A stretch of DNA of 64,000 bases from Takakia lepidozioides (Eukaryota; Plantae; Bryophyta): positions 50,158,001-50,222,000 of the forward strand of contig CM060732.1 of the NCBI GenBank assembly GCA_030704615.1, read 5' to 3'. The notes beneath the pieces were generated by a model. The model did no database searches. It worked only from the letters and a program-made list of their open reading frames with translations, and was not told the DNA's origin. This document shows positions 26,240 through 37,000 of the stretch, in pieces; the stretch's first letter is position 1, and each line of letters starts with the position of its first letter. The position numbers were made by a program, and so were the translations under genes.

Positions 26240-26700
26240 GGGGGCTGATACCTCTTGTGTGAAGAGGTTGCATGTGTGGAGCATGTATTCAGCTCATTAA
26301 AGCTTCCATCTTCAAGCTTGGAGGGCAAGCAAGGAAGAGGGAAGGGCTGACTTCCCTTATGTGAGAGCAATGCATGAGTGGAGCATGCTTTCAGCCTGTT
26401 GAAGGCTTGTACTTTCAGGTTTGGGAGTGCAAGAAAGGAAGGAAGGGGCTGGTTTCCCTGTAGGGCATGTGTGGAGCATGCTTCCAGCCTGCTGAAGCGT
26501 GTATTTTCAGGTTGGTGGATACAAGAAAGAAAGCAAAGGGGCTGATTCTCTGGTGGTGAGAGTAGGGCATGTGTGGAGCATGCCTTCAGTCCATTGGGCT
26601 TTTGTTTTCAAGCTTTAGAGAACTAGAAGAGAAGGTAAGGGGCTGATCTGCTCTTATGTGACAGTCCGACACTTGTAGAGCGTGTTCTGAGTTGGGGTAT
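26240..26700. repeat. Tandem array of about 100-bp units, 4.5-5 diverged copies
   Basis: The unit core gggctga...gcatgtgtggagcatg...tcag...ttcaag/ttcagg recurs at about 26240, 26344, 26445, 26538 and 26639. Confidence 0.8.
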
Positions 26701-27085
26701 CAATCTCAAGCCTAGATAGAGCATGGCTCTTGAAGTGGCAGATGTAGGGGGCTGGAATAGGCTCTAAGACAGATGCTATGGCCAAGGGAAACGCTTGAAT
26801 GAGTGCTCACAAGGGCTGGAAACCAGCAAGGCTTGGTTGTTTGCCATTGAGTTTAGTGGCGTGTTTGGGGAGTCTAAGTGAGAAAGAAAGCTTGGTTTGT
26901 GGCAACCATCTTCCTCATGGCTTAGGGCTACTATTGGTGGTGTGTGGGAGCCGAAAGAGCAAGAATACCTTGCTGATTTCTTCACACCCGCCATAGCTCG
27001 GTGCAAAGAAGCCTAGAGTCCAAGAGACACAAACCCTAGCTTGGCGTGGCTAAACCCCTTGGAGAAATGGCTAAACTGTCATGAG

Positions 27086-27140
27086 TGGCCTGTGGGGCTG
27101 TGACGGGCTGTGACAGGCTGTGATGGGCTGTGACAGGCTA
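27086..27140. repeat. 10-bp tandem repeat (ggctgtgacR-like), about 5 copies
   Basis: ggctgtgacgggctgtgacaggctgtgatgggctgtgacaggct is directly visible. Confidence 0.8.
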
Positions 27141-27199
27141 TGCCCTATGGCCTGTGGGGAAAGAGGGTGACATAGGTAAATGACAAAGCTTACTCCTTT

Positions 27200-29240
27200 A
27201 CTCAAAGTGTCTACGGGTCTATTAACTGAACTCTGCTCTTGCAAAGAGGATAAGCTTTATCTAAGGAAAGGAGGTATAAGAAAAAGGCAGAGTAGAGACT
27301 TCGACGTCAAGCTTCATCTACTTGACAAACTCTTTCATTGCGCACGTGAGTTTATCCTCACCTTAACAATGCAGTCAGTATATTTGTTTCCAGGATCTGA
27401 AGGAAATTCATTCACCAACTTTGAAAGTCTTAGGCTGACCCACGAGCCCTGGCCTTGTTGGGTGTGAGTTGTTGGGCAGCTCATACACGGCAAGTTCATG
27501 CTTGTGTGAAGCTGGGCGCTGGGGCCTTATGGCCGGTAGATTCTCTCTCCCTCTCTCTCTCTCTCTTTCCCCCTCATTTGAACAGCAAACAGAAGCAGAG
27601 AGGAAGGGGCTTATTTCACAAAGGTTTGATCACACATCGCAATTTCAATCCCAATCCCACAACTCCAGACCAGATGAAGGGCATCCAGCTAAATACTCAC
27701 TTCTTGAACGTTCTCACCTTCAAAAATTGGTCTTCAGCAAACCTGTCATAAGGACACACCAAGTACATAAATCCCAAATGAATGACATCAAGCTAGACCA
27801 CAAGTAAGGAGACTAAAATGAAGGATGGCTGAGCATCAAGCTTCTGTCGTTAGCAAAACTCAGGAACTCCACATGTGCCAGATTAAAAGGCAATTGAGCG
27901 TCACAAGCTACATTCCAAGAGGGCCCTGCAAGGAGTAAAACTTTTTATCCCTAACTTTGTTTTGTTGGGACATTTTTCGTGATTTTGACATGGCCAAGTA
28001 GACACTTCAGCCTCTGGACAGCTTCATCTAGCAGCTTCATGATCTACTTGGCAAACTCTTTCAGTGCATACAGAGGTTACCCTCAGCAAGTCCAAGATTT
28101 AACAAATAGAAATTGGTAGATGGACAACCTGGAATGTGTTGCCTGCTTTTGTCCGGTTTGCGCTAGAGAAGACAGACAACCCATTGAAGCACTCTCCCTC
28201 TCAACATACAAACGTGGAAAGCTGCCTCAGAGTTGGTTCATGACCTACACACATAGCCAGAATATCAGGATTCCTTCTGCTCAATCTTGCTTCGAGCAAC
28301 TGTAGGCCCTTTAGATCATCCTTAAAACCCATCTCACAAACTGGAAACAAGTTCAGTAAAGTTTTATGCTTAACTTTGTTTTGTTGGGATATTTTTCGCG
28401 CTTCTGACATGGCCAAGTAGACACTTCAGCCTCCAGCTTCATCTAGCAGGGTCAGTTCTTCCTGCCTAATACTTAGGAACTTGAAAATCTTCTCTCTACC
28501 TTTTCCGCCAGGACTTAGCCAGTTTAAGAAGATGGTCTTGGTTCTAAGAAATAGAGTCAATGCAGCTGAGATTAATCCTGTGGAAGGAAGTTGGAGAAAG
28601 CCATTTTTGCCCTTTTCCATGGGAAGGTTCAGCCATAGTGTTGAACACCCCCTTTGCATCCTCGATCCACCCACATTTGGCATACATGTCCACCAAGGCA
28701 GAGTTTAGAATGACATCTGATAATCTGACAGGCATTCACCTTTTTGCCTCGGTTGTCCCATCATTGACTAGGGTCAGAAAAGTATTCATTCCACAACTTC
28801 TCCTCATCTCTGTTATCTATTTTGGATAGTTTCTTGTTGCCACATTGGTAGTATCATGTCAAAGTCACTCCAAACTAGATTCACTCAACCAGCTAAATTG
28901 CAGAATTTAACATGGAAATTTAGGGCCGATTCTGATAGGAGGGAAAAACATAGTGAAAATGTGTTGAAGAAGGTGCCTTCATTAGCAGTACCTGATTTTA
29001 TCAATTGTGCCGCTGCTGCTGCGGGGCTTCCAGTTGACCATCTACCCATGTAGGTTTCTTGTAGCTATCTTTAGAGGGAATCATAGGTAATCTGGAGCTT
29101 GAAATCTGGCCCTCTTGGATGAATCTGGACCCACACTCTAGTATCCCTGCTCCTTCAGCTATCCATGCCTCTGCACAAATCATGCGTATATCCTTGCCTT
29201 GCTGCTAGCAGCTGACAATGACAGCCTAGAATTGTTCGAG
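27200..29240 (-). pseudogene. Highly decayed pentatricopeptide-repeat (PPR) gene remnants with internal duplications
   Basis: DVILNSALVDMYAKCGWIEDAKGVFNTM (28735-28630) is a PLS-class PPR signature. A DIRMICAEAWIAEGAGILE-like N-terminal motif lies near 29190. The block gacatggccaagtagacacttcagcctc is duplicated at about 27987 and 28406. No long ORF. Confidence 0.55.
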
Positions 29241-30598
29241 CAAATACCCCAACCCTAACCACCACATATCCACCCGACGAGCTAACTTACAGAATTCAAT
29301 ATGCATCTCAAGGCCGAGTCTGATGAGAGGGCGAAACAGGCTGAAATAGGTCAAACAAGAAGGTGGATCCTCACCACATTGTCCTTGACCTTGTGTCATG
29401 ACCCATGGAGGATTTGACCGACCATCAACCCAGAAGGACCTCTTATGTGTGCTGCTTGTGTCTGTAGTTAGTCAGGTAATGCCAGATTGGTCTGTGAGAA
29501 CCACCACGGTAATCGTGGTACTAACAGGAGCTAAGAGCCCACATTTGCAGGATGGACAAACTTCTTCACATCGTACATTAAGAAAAACCCACACCATGCG
29601 ATTGCGGTTGGTCCACCATCGTGCAAATTCGAGCTGTGACAGCTCTTGTGGTGTACTCATAATTTGCAAAGTCTCCATCTGCAACCCCTCCGCGCTCAAG
29701 GATGCGGGGACATCATCCCTTCCCCGCGCGCTGCAAGACACCTTTCGTGATTGTCTTTGGGCATTTCGGGCAGTATCCAAAAAAATTGTCGACAATGACG
29801 TGGCGACGACAGGTGTCTACGGGCTACGAAACGTGGCGACGATGATGTGGCACTATGGCACCCTATACCTACTCTACGCTAAACTAGCTTCCGACCTTCG
29901 ATTGTCGCTAGAATTTCAGGTGTTTTGTGAGCCCGACAGACTCGCTCCCCCTCTCGCTTCCCATGGGGGCAGCTCACCCGAGCAGATTGACCCCGCCGGG
30001 TAGGGGTCGCCCCACCCTGCGCGACCCCTGCCTCAACCACACGTGCCCGCAGTCAAGTCCCAATGATCAAACAATGAGAAGCTTTTAAGGTGGTTCAAGT
30101 CCAATATACATTTTTAAAGAGGCCTGCTTGCCCCTGTTTTGCGAAGCCCACCAAAGTAACGTCAAGTTCAGGTGTAAAAAACCTAACCCTCTAATATATA
30201 CTCTCCTAGGGTAGTGGTGGAGCCTTCTAGGAGGAGGCCCCACCACCTCATCCTACCTCTATGAAAAATTCTAGAAGGAGGGCGGACGCCTCATATATCC
30301 TACTTCTCTACTCTCTGTATACGCGGCCTTACATATCAACCATTCCAACACCTACCACCTTCCATCCCTCCCTCCTCATTGGCTGCTCCACTAGATTCTC
30401 CTTTTTTTTGACCTTCAGAATTAACCCTTGCCAGAATTTGGGACCCATATGAGTCCCTCAAGTTTGGTGGGCCCTGTGTCCATCAGAAGATGGTGCAAAA
30501 ATTAAAAGGGGGTAAATAGTAAGCTACACAAGGATTTGAAGAAATAACCCCTATATAAGGAGTCCAAGAAAAGACTGTAGAAAGGCAACATGTATTAA

Positions 30599-31425
30599 CC
30601 CTTAAGTTCCCAAGCCTTTTTTTGATTTTTTACCAATTTTGGGTACCCAGCTGCAGTAAATTGCCCCTAGAAACCTACCAAAAATCATCCGGAGATTCGA
30701 GCCTTATAGCAATGGGCCCAGCTCATTTATGCATGACATACCAAAAAATGAGCCAAGTCCACCACCCTGGAAATTGTGAGATTATAGCGTTGGCCCGGAC
30801 CTCAAATATCAGGTCCCAAAGAAAAAGTGAGAAAGAATTTGGTTTGAACAAATCAAAACCTAGCTTTATCCAATTTTGCTTGCCCCAAGACCCACCATTT
30901 CCAAATCAATAGTGGAGTGGCTATGACCGCACTAAATTGCAGGTCCAACTGATTTTTTCACCTATGGGTGCTATGCATGCAATTACATGGGGGTTGAAAT
31001 CTCAAAATTGACAAGAGAAAATGTGCCTCAAAATGAAGTATTTTTTTTTCTACAAATTTTTTTAAATCCTATGGTGGATGTGTGTACGTAATGCTCACAC
31101 ACCACAAGGTGAAGTGTTTTTTCCAAAATTACTAATTTTCTGCCAAAAATGGCCTTTGGAGTGCAATATGTTTTGGGTTTGTTTACTTGCCACGTCAGCA
31201 ATCAACAAGCCCTTTTCAACCCCAAAACGTAAATGAGAGATCTAAGATATTTTTTGTAGGTCGTAGCTTTTTTTTTTTTTTTAATGCTGTTTTTTGCATC
31301 ATACTCGAGACAAATCCCTTGTCATTAAAGCTTCAAGAGTGGGCCCCATCAGATTAGATCTGCAAAAATTAGGTCGAATTGCCAAATTCAAAGTGACATG
31401 ATTCAGGTGCTTGGGAGCTTAAAGG
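30599..31425. mobile_element. Non-autonomous TIR element (827 bp) flanked by TTAA, piggyBac-like MITE
   Basis: Left end TTAA|CCCTTAAGTTCCCAAGC (30595-30615); right end GCTTGGGAGCTTAAAGG|TTAA (31409-31429). The TIRs match at 15/17 positions, and the interior is AT-rich and non-coding. Confidence 0.7.
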
Positions 31426-31437
31426 TTAAACACTGTC

Positions 31438-31625
31438 ATCTAAGCCCAAGTGCAATCCCTATGTGTCCAAGTGCGTCTCCTATGTCCAGGCCTATCTAAG
31501 CCCAAGTGCAATCTTCTATTCATGTATCCAAGTGTATCTCCCATGTAGAGGCCCAAGTGTCCGGTAACATCTAAGCCAAGTGCAATCTCCTATGTATCCA
31601 AGTAGGTCTCCCATGTTAAGGCCCA
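31438..31625. repeat. Minisatellite of about 55-75 bp units (3 copies) built on CCAAGTG
   Basis: tctaagc(c)caagtgcaatc...atgt(a/g)tccaagt...tctcc(c/t)atgt...aggcc occurs three times. Confidence 0.75.
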
Positions 31626-32294
31626 ATTTATTGTTTTCCACGAATTTATTGAGTAGTACTTATCCAATCATTATTGATATATCTGCTGTCGAGGCTCCAA
31701 TCATTGTCCAGGAAAACTCACTTTGGTATTTTTTGCAAATTTCCAATCACCAAAACTACTTGAAATTCAACATCTCCCACCACATGTCCAAAAATCATGA
31801 GACCAAGGCGGTGCACCCCTCCTCATTGAGGGCTTTCCAACGGTACCAAGCACCAAGGCTGGTCCGCGGTTTGGGACATCTTAATGCGACAAAACAAACA
31901 AACAAACAAATCATCTTGCTTCATACATTGATATCGAGCTTGCCGTAGGGCGGAGTGTGTGGCATGTGGATGGTGATGTAGCCACAAAGGTTTCAAGTTC
32001 CACTCACTGTATAATCATTGTCTCATTATGAGCCTTCCACAATCACTTTCCACAATCACTTTCCACAATCACTTTTGGCAGTTAGCCGCCAGCGTCAATA
32101 TTCGCTGACAACACCCCCAAGTGCCATGTGATATACGCACTTTAAGGATAGCTGATGGCCCCTCATGTCGTCGGGCATTCCTCGATTTAAGGTTAGAGCC
32201 ACAGGGACTGCCCATTTATGGAGGGCCACATGAGGCGTCCATCTAGACATTAACCATGTGCAAGCAGGTTCCGTGGTTGGTGCGGATTGTTACC

Positions 32295-32389
32295 ACCTCC
32301 ATGCAGGTAATGTTTGATTACTCTCATGCAGGTAGTTCAGCCTGTTATTGCAACTACCTTCATGTAGGAAATCCTACCTGCATGGAGGT
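32295..32389. repeat. 95-nt foldback with nested inverted repeats (MITE-like)
   Basis: Perfect 15-bp inverted repeat ACCTCCATGCAGGTA (32295-32309) / TACCTGCATGGAGGT (32375-32389), enclosing an inner repeat catgcaggtagtt / aactaccttcatg (12/13). Confidence 0.7.
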
Positions 32390-34034
32390 TATTAGAAATT
32401 TTATACGCCAAAAATATTTTGAGTCCTCAACCCATGGAGGTAGTCCGAACTTCGCTTCTATATTAATGAGGTGGTGGCCCCCAACAACCGACCAGGCCAC
32501 AAAGTCAGAGCCCAGACAGCGAGAGAGAGACACACAGACAGACAGACACAGACACAACTCACTGTCCGAAAACCTCAGGATCAGCGGATTCATCGTAATT
32601 TCGTCACTCTCATCACACCGCCGCAAGGTAGTCTGTTCTTCCTGCATGATCAGCAAGTTGAGCTGCGTGTGTGGTGTGGTGCACAGAGGTGATGATGAAA
32701 TGTAGTATCGTGAAACTGGGCATGATTCTCCTTGAGGAAGAATTAGCAATAGAATGCAGGATTTGCAGTCTCCATGGAGGGAACAAGGTTTCATTGGAAT
32801 CTAGTGTCCGAAGTGGAAGAAGAACAGCGGCGGAATTGGGTTGATCGACAGTGCTCAGCGATGGAGGTGTGGAATGGAATGCCAGAATTGACGGAGGGAG
32901 GAGTGCATAAATATTTTGGGATGTTTTGGGCGCATCAAGAGTAGCCGAGGTAATTAGCTATGGACCTGTGTGCTTTCGCCCTTTTTGAAGCATCTCTTCA
33001 CTTTGCCTTCTCTGCATGTCTTTGGTTGGGAGTTACACTTGACCGCAAGTGCAGCGCCAACCGAGAACTTCAGTCTGCCTTTTCCTCTTGTTCACTCTAT
33101 GAGGAAATCGATGTGCTGTACATTTCGAATTTCCCAGCATGGCTTTGCCATTTCTGATTGTGGATTCTAGGTTGAGTTTCATCCCTAGGTGACAAGACGA
33201 TGCGTGAGCTTGACCTTAAGGTTCCATTACACAACCAGCAGAAGGAGGGACGAAATGACTGTAATTGTAGGGTTTGTTTGACACGTGAATTAACGAAAGT
33301 TTTGATGCCTTGGCAACATTCTCTGTGGCTGCTGCCTAGTAAATCTGCGCTCCTGAACTATGTCCTTGAGCTGCAGTTGCTTACACACATCAGCTAAGCT
33401 AGCTTTCATCTCCTATGTACTCGCTCGAGAGTGCCTTTGAAGTTCTCGGTCTTAGCTTGTTGTGTCTCCCAGTGGTAGACTGTGGTCAGCTGAGAGCTCC
33501 AGCCATATTATTTTAGAACAAAATCCCTCAAGCATAAATAGGGACATGAGAAGCCCGACACAAGTGTACCTTCTGTTCCTCTGATCTTTGGGCTGCCAGC
33601 GGAGGTTTTCTTTTCTCCCCAAGTTATTTCTGTATCTGACTCCTCTTGTAAAGTTAGGTGCGGGTCTCGAGTTTAGATTGTCATCAGTTGAGCGGCTGGA
33701 ACTATTAAATTTAAGTACACTTGTTGCAAGCTCCGCACATGATCTAAAGAGTTGCAGGTATATTAATTAGACGTTCTTGACCAGTAGATGCTTTCTATAC
33801 AAGTTTTGTCTTTATGATTCTTTAGCGCGCACGAGGTTTGCATAGTATCGAGCTATTTCCCATTACATAGACAGACCAATCACGACCCGAGAAAAGGAAA
33901 GATTCTCAAAATCAGCTCAAAGATTGTAGCCACCTTGAAGTTTTAAAGCTGCTTCCGAAGTTGGAAAGACCCTTGTTGATTCACCCATAAGGACCGATGA
34001 GGATGTGCAGGAGGTGATGGTGTAGCTGAGCAGA

Positions 34035-37000
34035 ATGCAAGATTTGGGTGTCAACATGATGCACGTATTCCAAGCGTTGGTGTGGGTGGTGTTGGTAGTC
34101 GTGGTGGAGAGATTAATATATACGTGGATAAGTACTAAGTGGGCAAGGACCACAACTAATCCAGAGCCCTCTCCAACTACACTGGAGTTGGAGGATCCCA
34201 GGTGAGAATCCCGTCAGATGATGCTATGCTACTGCAGCCAACATTGAACTGTTGGAGCCGTTTCGACAGTTTGAAATTGTACTGTCGCCTTGTTTGCATT
34301 GTTCGGTACTTGCAGATGCACGGACATGGGTGCCACAGTTGGCACTGATTCTATAAAGGAAGTCTAGGTGTTGTCTACAACATAGCAACAAGGATACATA
34401 TATTCCACCGTGCGGAGATATTATAGAAACTTGTATAAAGTATGAATGAGCTTGTATTTTCTTCAAATTTGAGGCTCGATATCTTGATATGCCGATCGTT
34501 AGAGGCCCGTAAGCATTACATCAAGCATCTCGAATGCTGTGCATGAGGCCAGTCTTTCGAGTACACACATTACATCATTAGAGAAATGGCAAGATAGCCC
34601 TGCTACCTTGGAGTACACATCAGGCACTGATGAGCTGAGTTTGTTAGGGAATGGCAGAAATTCACACTCCCCATGTTTTAGCAAGAGGTACAACAATTTA
34701 CAGTCCTTGATAAGGTCATGCCTATAACATTAACTCTCTCGAGGTATCCTGGTCGATCTCCTGGTATCTCAGGAATACCCACTTACGTACTGGCTTTCTT
34801 TGCTAGCCTGCGCAGCTTTCCAGAGCTCAATCCCAAGCACAACATTTTCTTGAGCCACAGTGGAGCTCAGAAGCGTTTCGTTGAGCAACTATGTAAGGAT
34901 TTGGAAGCGGGATGCCATTATCCTTTCTTTGACCAGCGGGATGACAGCTTGCCAAAAGGAAAGAAGTTTGCATCTCTCATTTTTGATGCCGCCAAGCAGT
35001 GCCGTGTAGCAGTGGTTGTTTTGTCAGAAAAGTACCTTACCTCTAAATGGCCTATGCAAGAATTAGCTGCATTTGTAAGTGCTAAGAAATCTGAAAACAA
35101 AAATCTGGACTTGTTGCCCCTTTTCTTTGAGTTGTCTAACTATGATCTCAGTGATCAATCAATCTCGAATCGGTGGATGGTAGAATGGACTAAGCTGGCC
35201 GAAAACGATCCTAGAGTGGACGTAGAGCAGTGGAAGAAAGCCATTCAAGAGCTTCGTGCTGCAAATGGCCTCATTTTTGCCAAATTTGGAAACTCGGAGG
35301 TGTCCTATAGGGAAGCTGTTGTGAAAGCCATTTTTAGGCTCGTGCCTCCAGACCTGCTGTACGATACTTCCGAAGTGGAGGGTTGCGACCGAATGTGCAA
35401 AGTAAGTTCAAGCTCTCAGGCAGATGTGCCTAGACATTTTAGAAATTCAAATATTTGATGTGGGAGCACTAGATTCTTACTAAGCACGAGGGGTGCTTGA
35501 TACCTTTGTTTTCACTTGCAGATTTTGTCAGGTATGTTTGTCGAAGACACGTCGAATGAGAGCGGTTTGCCACAAGCACAAAAGTTGGGCTTGTATGGGA
35601 TGGGCGGCCTAGGAAAGACAACAATGTGCAAAGTTCTATGCAATCACTTTCAGGCAGAATTTTGTGGATGGGTTTGCCATGTGGAGCTGGGAAGTGAATT
35701 CCCTCTCGTTCTGCAAAAGCACGTGTTAAGGAAGCTGCTACGACTAGGTGAGGATGTGCTGCAGAATATTACAGACATCTCCCAGGTAACATGTGATTTG
35801 CTTCACAAGTGAGTACGTATTGTAGGTCTGAGGGGTCAAGGCTCAAAAGCTGTCTGGGCAGACAATTATACTATCAATTGACGATCTATCTTAGACGTTT
35901 CCCTGGAGTACTTACTTGATTCAACTGTGAATAGTACAATTATAAGCTGTAGTGGTGCGTGTGCTCAATCGGCACAGTCGGTGTAGATCTCACTTGAGAC
36001 TAGATTGTGGAAGTGATATCTCTAGTGTGGCATATGTGTATATCTTCCAGTTTCTAAAACAGACCAATACTCGTTCGCGTTGGTTTTTCCACTGACTGCT
36101 GCAAGCCAGTAGTTTTGGTACCAGGTTCATTAATGTCTTTGTGCTTGATATTGCAAATTAGATATTCTAGCTGGAGTTTTGTACTCCCCACGGTCCATCG
36201 TGCCATCTATAAGAAAGCTTATGAATTCTCCTCATGACCTCCGAAAGGATCTCCCCTCAAGTGCTCATGATTAATTACTGCAGGGTCAGAAATGCTTAAG
36301 AGAAAACATGAGACGGCAGCCAGTGTTTCTGGTCATCGACAACGTTGGTGATGAAGAAGCTTGTCGATCTGAAGCACGTGCATATCTGGAGGCCGGATTC
36401 CACCCACGTAGCAAGATTATGGTTACATCTAGGAGTAGAGATGTTGTGAAGGCGTTGCTTTACGACCTGGAATTGTGTAAGCCAATACCAGATTTGACGA
36501 TGGACGAAGCGGCAGTCGTCTTCCTGCGTAAATCAGCACCACGAAAGAGATTCTCTTTACTTGAACACGAGGAAAAGAGAATTGTCAACATTTGTCTTGA
36601 GCAATGCCAATTCTCACCTGACGGGGATCCGTATGCAGACAAGAGGGATGGACAGTATCATCCCCTGGCGCTAGGAGCATTGGGAGTCTATTATCATGAC
36701 ATCGACAATTTTAACTTGTTGCTTTGGGAGGAACACCTCCAAGACTTTGACAAGGTCAAACTCTCTAGGGAGTGTCCACGCATTTTCCTTATTCTTGGAT
36801 TGCAGTTCAGCACTTTTGACAGAGTGAAGAAGCTTCTATTTCTGGATGTTGCTCTCTATGCACATGGTCGGGTCGGAGTGGAGCTAAGTTCGTTCCAGCA
36901 TTGGGTGGATTGGCTGGCAGCACTACATAAACAGACAGGACAAGTTGTGAAGCATAAGGTCAGCGAAACCCATGATCACTATTCCAGAGAACACATTGTG

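Larger units (their letters stand above)
25239..27172. mobile_element. LTR-like segment (possible solo LTR) abutting the 5' part of the LINE
   Basis: Bounded by TGTCA (25239) and TGACA (27172), non-coding, with internal tandem arrays of about 100 bp and 10 bp. No matching TSD was found, so the left boundary is uncertain. Confidence 0.4.

Noticed and set aside
29319-29352. Hammerhead-like core CTGATGA-GAGGGC-GAAACAGGCTG
   Set aside because: Stem II would be 1 bp, the required UH cleavage site after stem III is missing (CTG is followed by AA), and no stem I partner is visible. This is chance or a dead relic.
29398-30003. 201-aa ORF
   Set aside because: No domain motifs or splice support; likely a chance ORF in GC-rich TE-like DNA.
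30003-30050. Helitron 3' end capturing the pseudogene mosaic
   Set aside because: A hairpin is present but there is no CTRR terminus at the expected distance on either strand.
31438-31625. CRISPR-like appearance of short repeats with variable spacers
   Set aside because: Eukaryotic context, spacers homologous to each other and no cas genes; an ordinary minisatellite.
34718-34806. ORF-track N-terminus of the TIR ORF (MPITLTLSR...)
   Set aside because: It reads through a pyrimidine tract and AG acceptors, so it is better explained as intron sequence preceding exon 2.
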